DNA from: an uncultured Desulfatitalea sp.
GTDB lineage: Bacteria; Desulfobacterota; Desulfobacteria; Desulfobacterales; Desulfosarcinaceae
Assembly: GCA_963668675.2 (NCBI GenBank)
Contig: CAXXMB010000002.1
Span: forward strand, 640,001-704,000
Direction: 5' to 3'
DNA length: 64,000 bases
The translations under genes were made by a program, and so were the position numbers. This document shows, piece after piece, positions 62,426 through 64,000 of this stretch (within the stretch, counting starts at the first letter, position 1; every line of letters starts with the position of its first letter). The notes beneath the pieces were generated by a model that was not told where the DNA came from, did not search any database, and worked only from the letters and a program-made list of their open reading frames with translations.

Positions 62426-63673
62426 TTATCGCAAATGGTTGACAAACGCTTCGGTCAGGATCGGAAAGTCTCGCTTCGGCACATCACAACTTGAATAGAC
62501 AGCTTCCCACTCGGATAGGAATATCTCCTTCATATGATCGATGACGGCTTGCCCCTCCTCCTGGGTCAGACCAAATACGGGGCAGGAAGACAATGCGTTG
62601 CCCAGGGAGGCTTCCCGGCTACCATTTATACCGACGCCAAGCGTCAAAAGCCGGGGCACCTTTGGTCCCATATCGGGCTGGGGAACAATATCATATGCCG
62701 GCGAGAGACGCCACCCCTGGCCGGGCTCATGAATAAACCCGTGATTGCGCAAATGATCGTCTGAGTTGTTGCATAAGATATTGAACACCATGCGCATGAA
62801 AAGCTGTTTCAAATCATCCTTGATGAATGCCGCCGCTCCATATCTTCTCATCTGAACCGCAATCTCCTGGTAACTGCCCTCATTGATCCGATCCGTCCCC
62901 ATCAAAGTGGCGGCTGAAATAAACGGAATGCGGTTACCCGAGGCGTCGCGGTCAAATCTCGCAACCAGAAAGAGATCCCTGTCGCCCACCATAAGGGTTT
63001 CAGACGCCGGCACCTCTATTCCGCACATCGCAGCCAACTGCAGATTTGCATTTTCGATGCGGCAGGTGTTCCAGGCGTCATACTGCCGGCCGAATTTGGC
63101 AATCCACATGCGGCCTTGGTGCATGGTGGGCGCTTTGGGCTGGGCGCCTCCCAGGGAGGATCCCCGCATGAGAAAACGGCGATATTGCGGTGAGAGCTTT
63201 CCCGCACTTTCGATCTGATCCACGGCGGAAATCATATCGTCCAGATCCAATTCGGCGCCGTGAGGCGGATAGTTGGCCCACCCCGGATCGATCGGCGCGG
63301 GCCCCTGCTCAAGCGAAGATCCAAAACCAAGGGCACCAATCCGCTCCTCAACAGGCAGAGCGGTGAGGTATTCAAACTCTCCTGGCGAATGGGGATGGGC
63401 CACCCTGTCCAGCAGGTGGCGCCCCCAGCCATCGGGCGCCGCATCCCTGATCCCACCGAACAGAGGTGCATCCGGGGTCGAACTGAAAAGAGCCTCGCCC
63501 AAAGGGAGTTGAACCGGATCGATGGCAATGGCCTCTTTGCGTTGCAGATATCTCCGACCATACTGGAATGTTGAGAGGACCTCGCGGTTCTCTTCGCGAA
63601 TCGTCAAATATCCGCAAGGGATCCACTGTCCGCTCAGATGAATGAACACATAGGCTTCGTTCTCTTTAGCCAT
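62426..63673 (-). CDS. HipA-family kinase toxin
   Basis: SSLGGAQPK, WIAKF, RFDR, NSDDHLRNHGF, LSPAYD. Confidence 0.92.
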   Translation of the reverse strand: MAKENEAYVFIHLSGQWIPCGYLTIREENREVLSTFQYGRRYLQRKEAIAIDPVQLPLGEALFSSTPDAPLFGGIRDAAPDGWGRHLLDRVAHPHSPGEFEYLTALPVEERIGALGFGSSLEQGPAPIDPGWANYPPHGAELDLDDMISAVDQIESAGKLSPQYRRFLMRGSSLGGAQPKAPTMHQGRMWIAKFGRQYDAWNTCRIENANLQLAAMCGIEVPASETLMVGDRDLFLVARFDRDASGNRIPFISAATLMGTDRINEGSYQEIAVQMRRYGAAAFIKDDLKQLFMRMVFNILCNNSDDHLRNHGFIHEPGQGWRLSPAYDIVPQPDMGPKVPRLLTLGVGINGSREASLGNALSSCPVFGLTQEEGQAVIDHMKEIFLSEWEAVYSSCDVPKRDFPILTEAFVNHLR

Positions 63674-63700
63674 GAATCTCTGTCCATCATGATGTTCAAG

Positions 63701-64000
63701 TTAAAAATCGAGATCGACCTTGCGGGCGGACCGGACACGCTGTTTTCGTTCATAATTCTGTCGGTCGATGATATTTGCCGTTCGATCGGTTTCAGGACTG
63801 GCCAGATGGTCCAGATCGTTTTCAAGCCCCAGCGTTAAAAGCGCTGCCGCCAGAATCCCGAAGCTCACCCCCGGATCGCCAGACTCAAGCCGGTTAAGTG
63901 TCTTGCGGGTCACAAACATACGATCGGCCACCTCCTGCATGGTCATGCCGCGTCGTTTTCGCGCCAGTTGGATCTGCTGCCCCACCCGGGCCATCTTCTG
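63701..64000 (-). CDS. Xre/HTH antitoxin partner of HipA (5' end outside the window)
   Basis: IQLARKRRGMTMQEVADR...TLNRLESGDPGV directly upstream of the toxin. Confidence 0.85.
   Translation of the reverse strand, partial: QKMARVGQQIQLARKRRGMTMQEVADRMFVTRKTLNRLESGDPGVSFGILAAALLTLGLENDLDHLASPETDRTANIIDRQNYERKQRVRSARKVDLDF

Overview
GC-rich chromosomal window, most consistent with a sulfate-reducing Desulfobacterota (Desulfobacteraceae/Desulfosarcinaceae-like; inferred from gene content, not tested). In order, it holds: fatty-acid catabolism genes with a FadR/YsiA-like TetR regulator and its operator; two convergent genes each broken by an in-frame UGA that looks like selenocysteine (an HdrC/HdrD-like Fe-S oxidoreductase and a formate dehydrogenase alpha subunit); thrS and an RNase D-like gene; a prkA-yeaH-spoVR-prkA2 operon; an orphan dnaK; a CheX-CheX-FliN fusion; an uncharacterised four-gene operon led by a Tat-exported metallo-beta-lactamase-fold protein; and fhs. 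Next is an IS110/IS1111-family element inserted in a 9-bp-unit palindromic repeat, and its 3' non-coding region carries apparent target and donor guides of a bridge/seek RNA. The rest is a heterodimeric ABC exporter, an RNB nuclease, arfB, a porin, an acyl-CoA synthetase, amtB, a Cpx-like locus, a KamA + two ATP-grasp + GNAT-HDAC-GNAT operon of unknown product, actinobacterial-like hisE-hisG and a HipA-type toxin-antitoxin pair. Two hybrid sensor kinases and several families of palindromic intergenic repeats are also present. No rRNA, tRNA or CRISPR array was seen. All family assignments come from motif recognition by eye; no searches were run.
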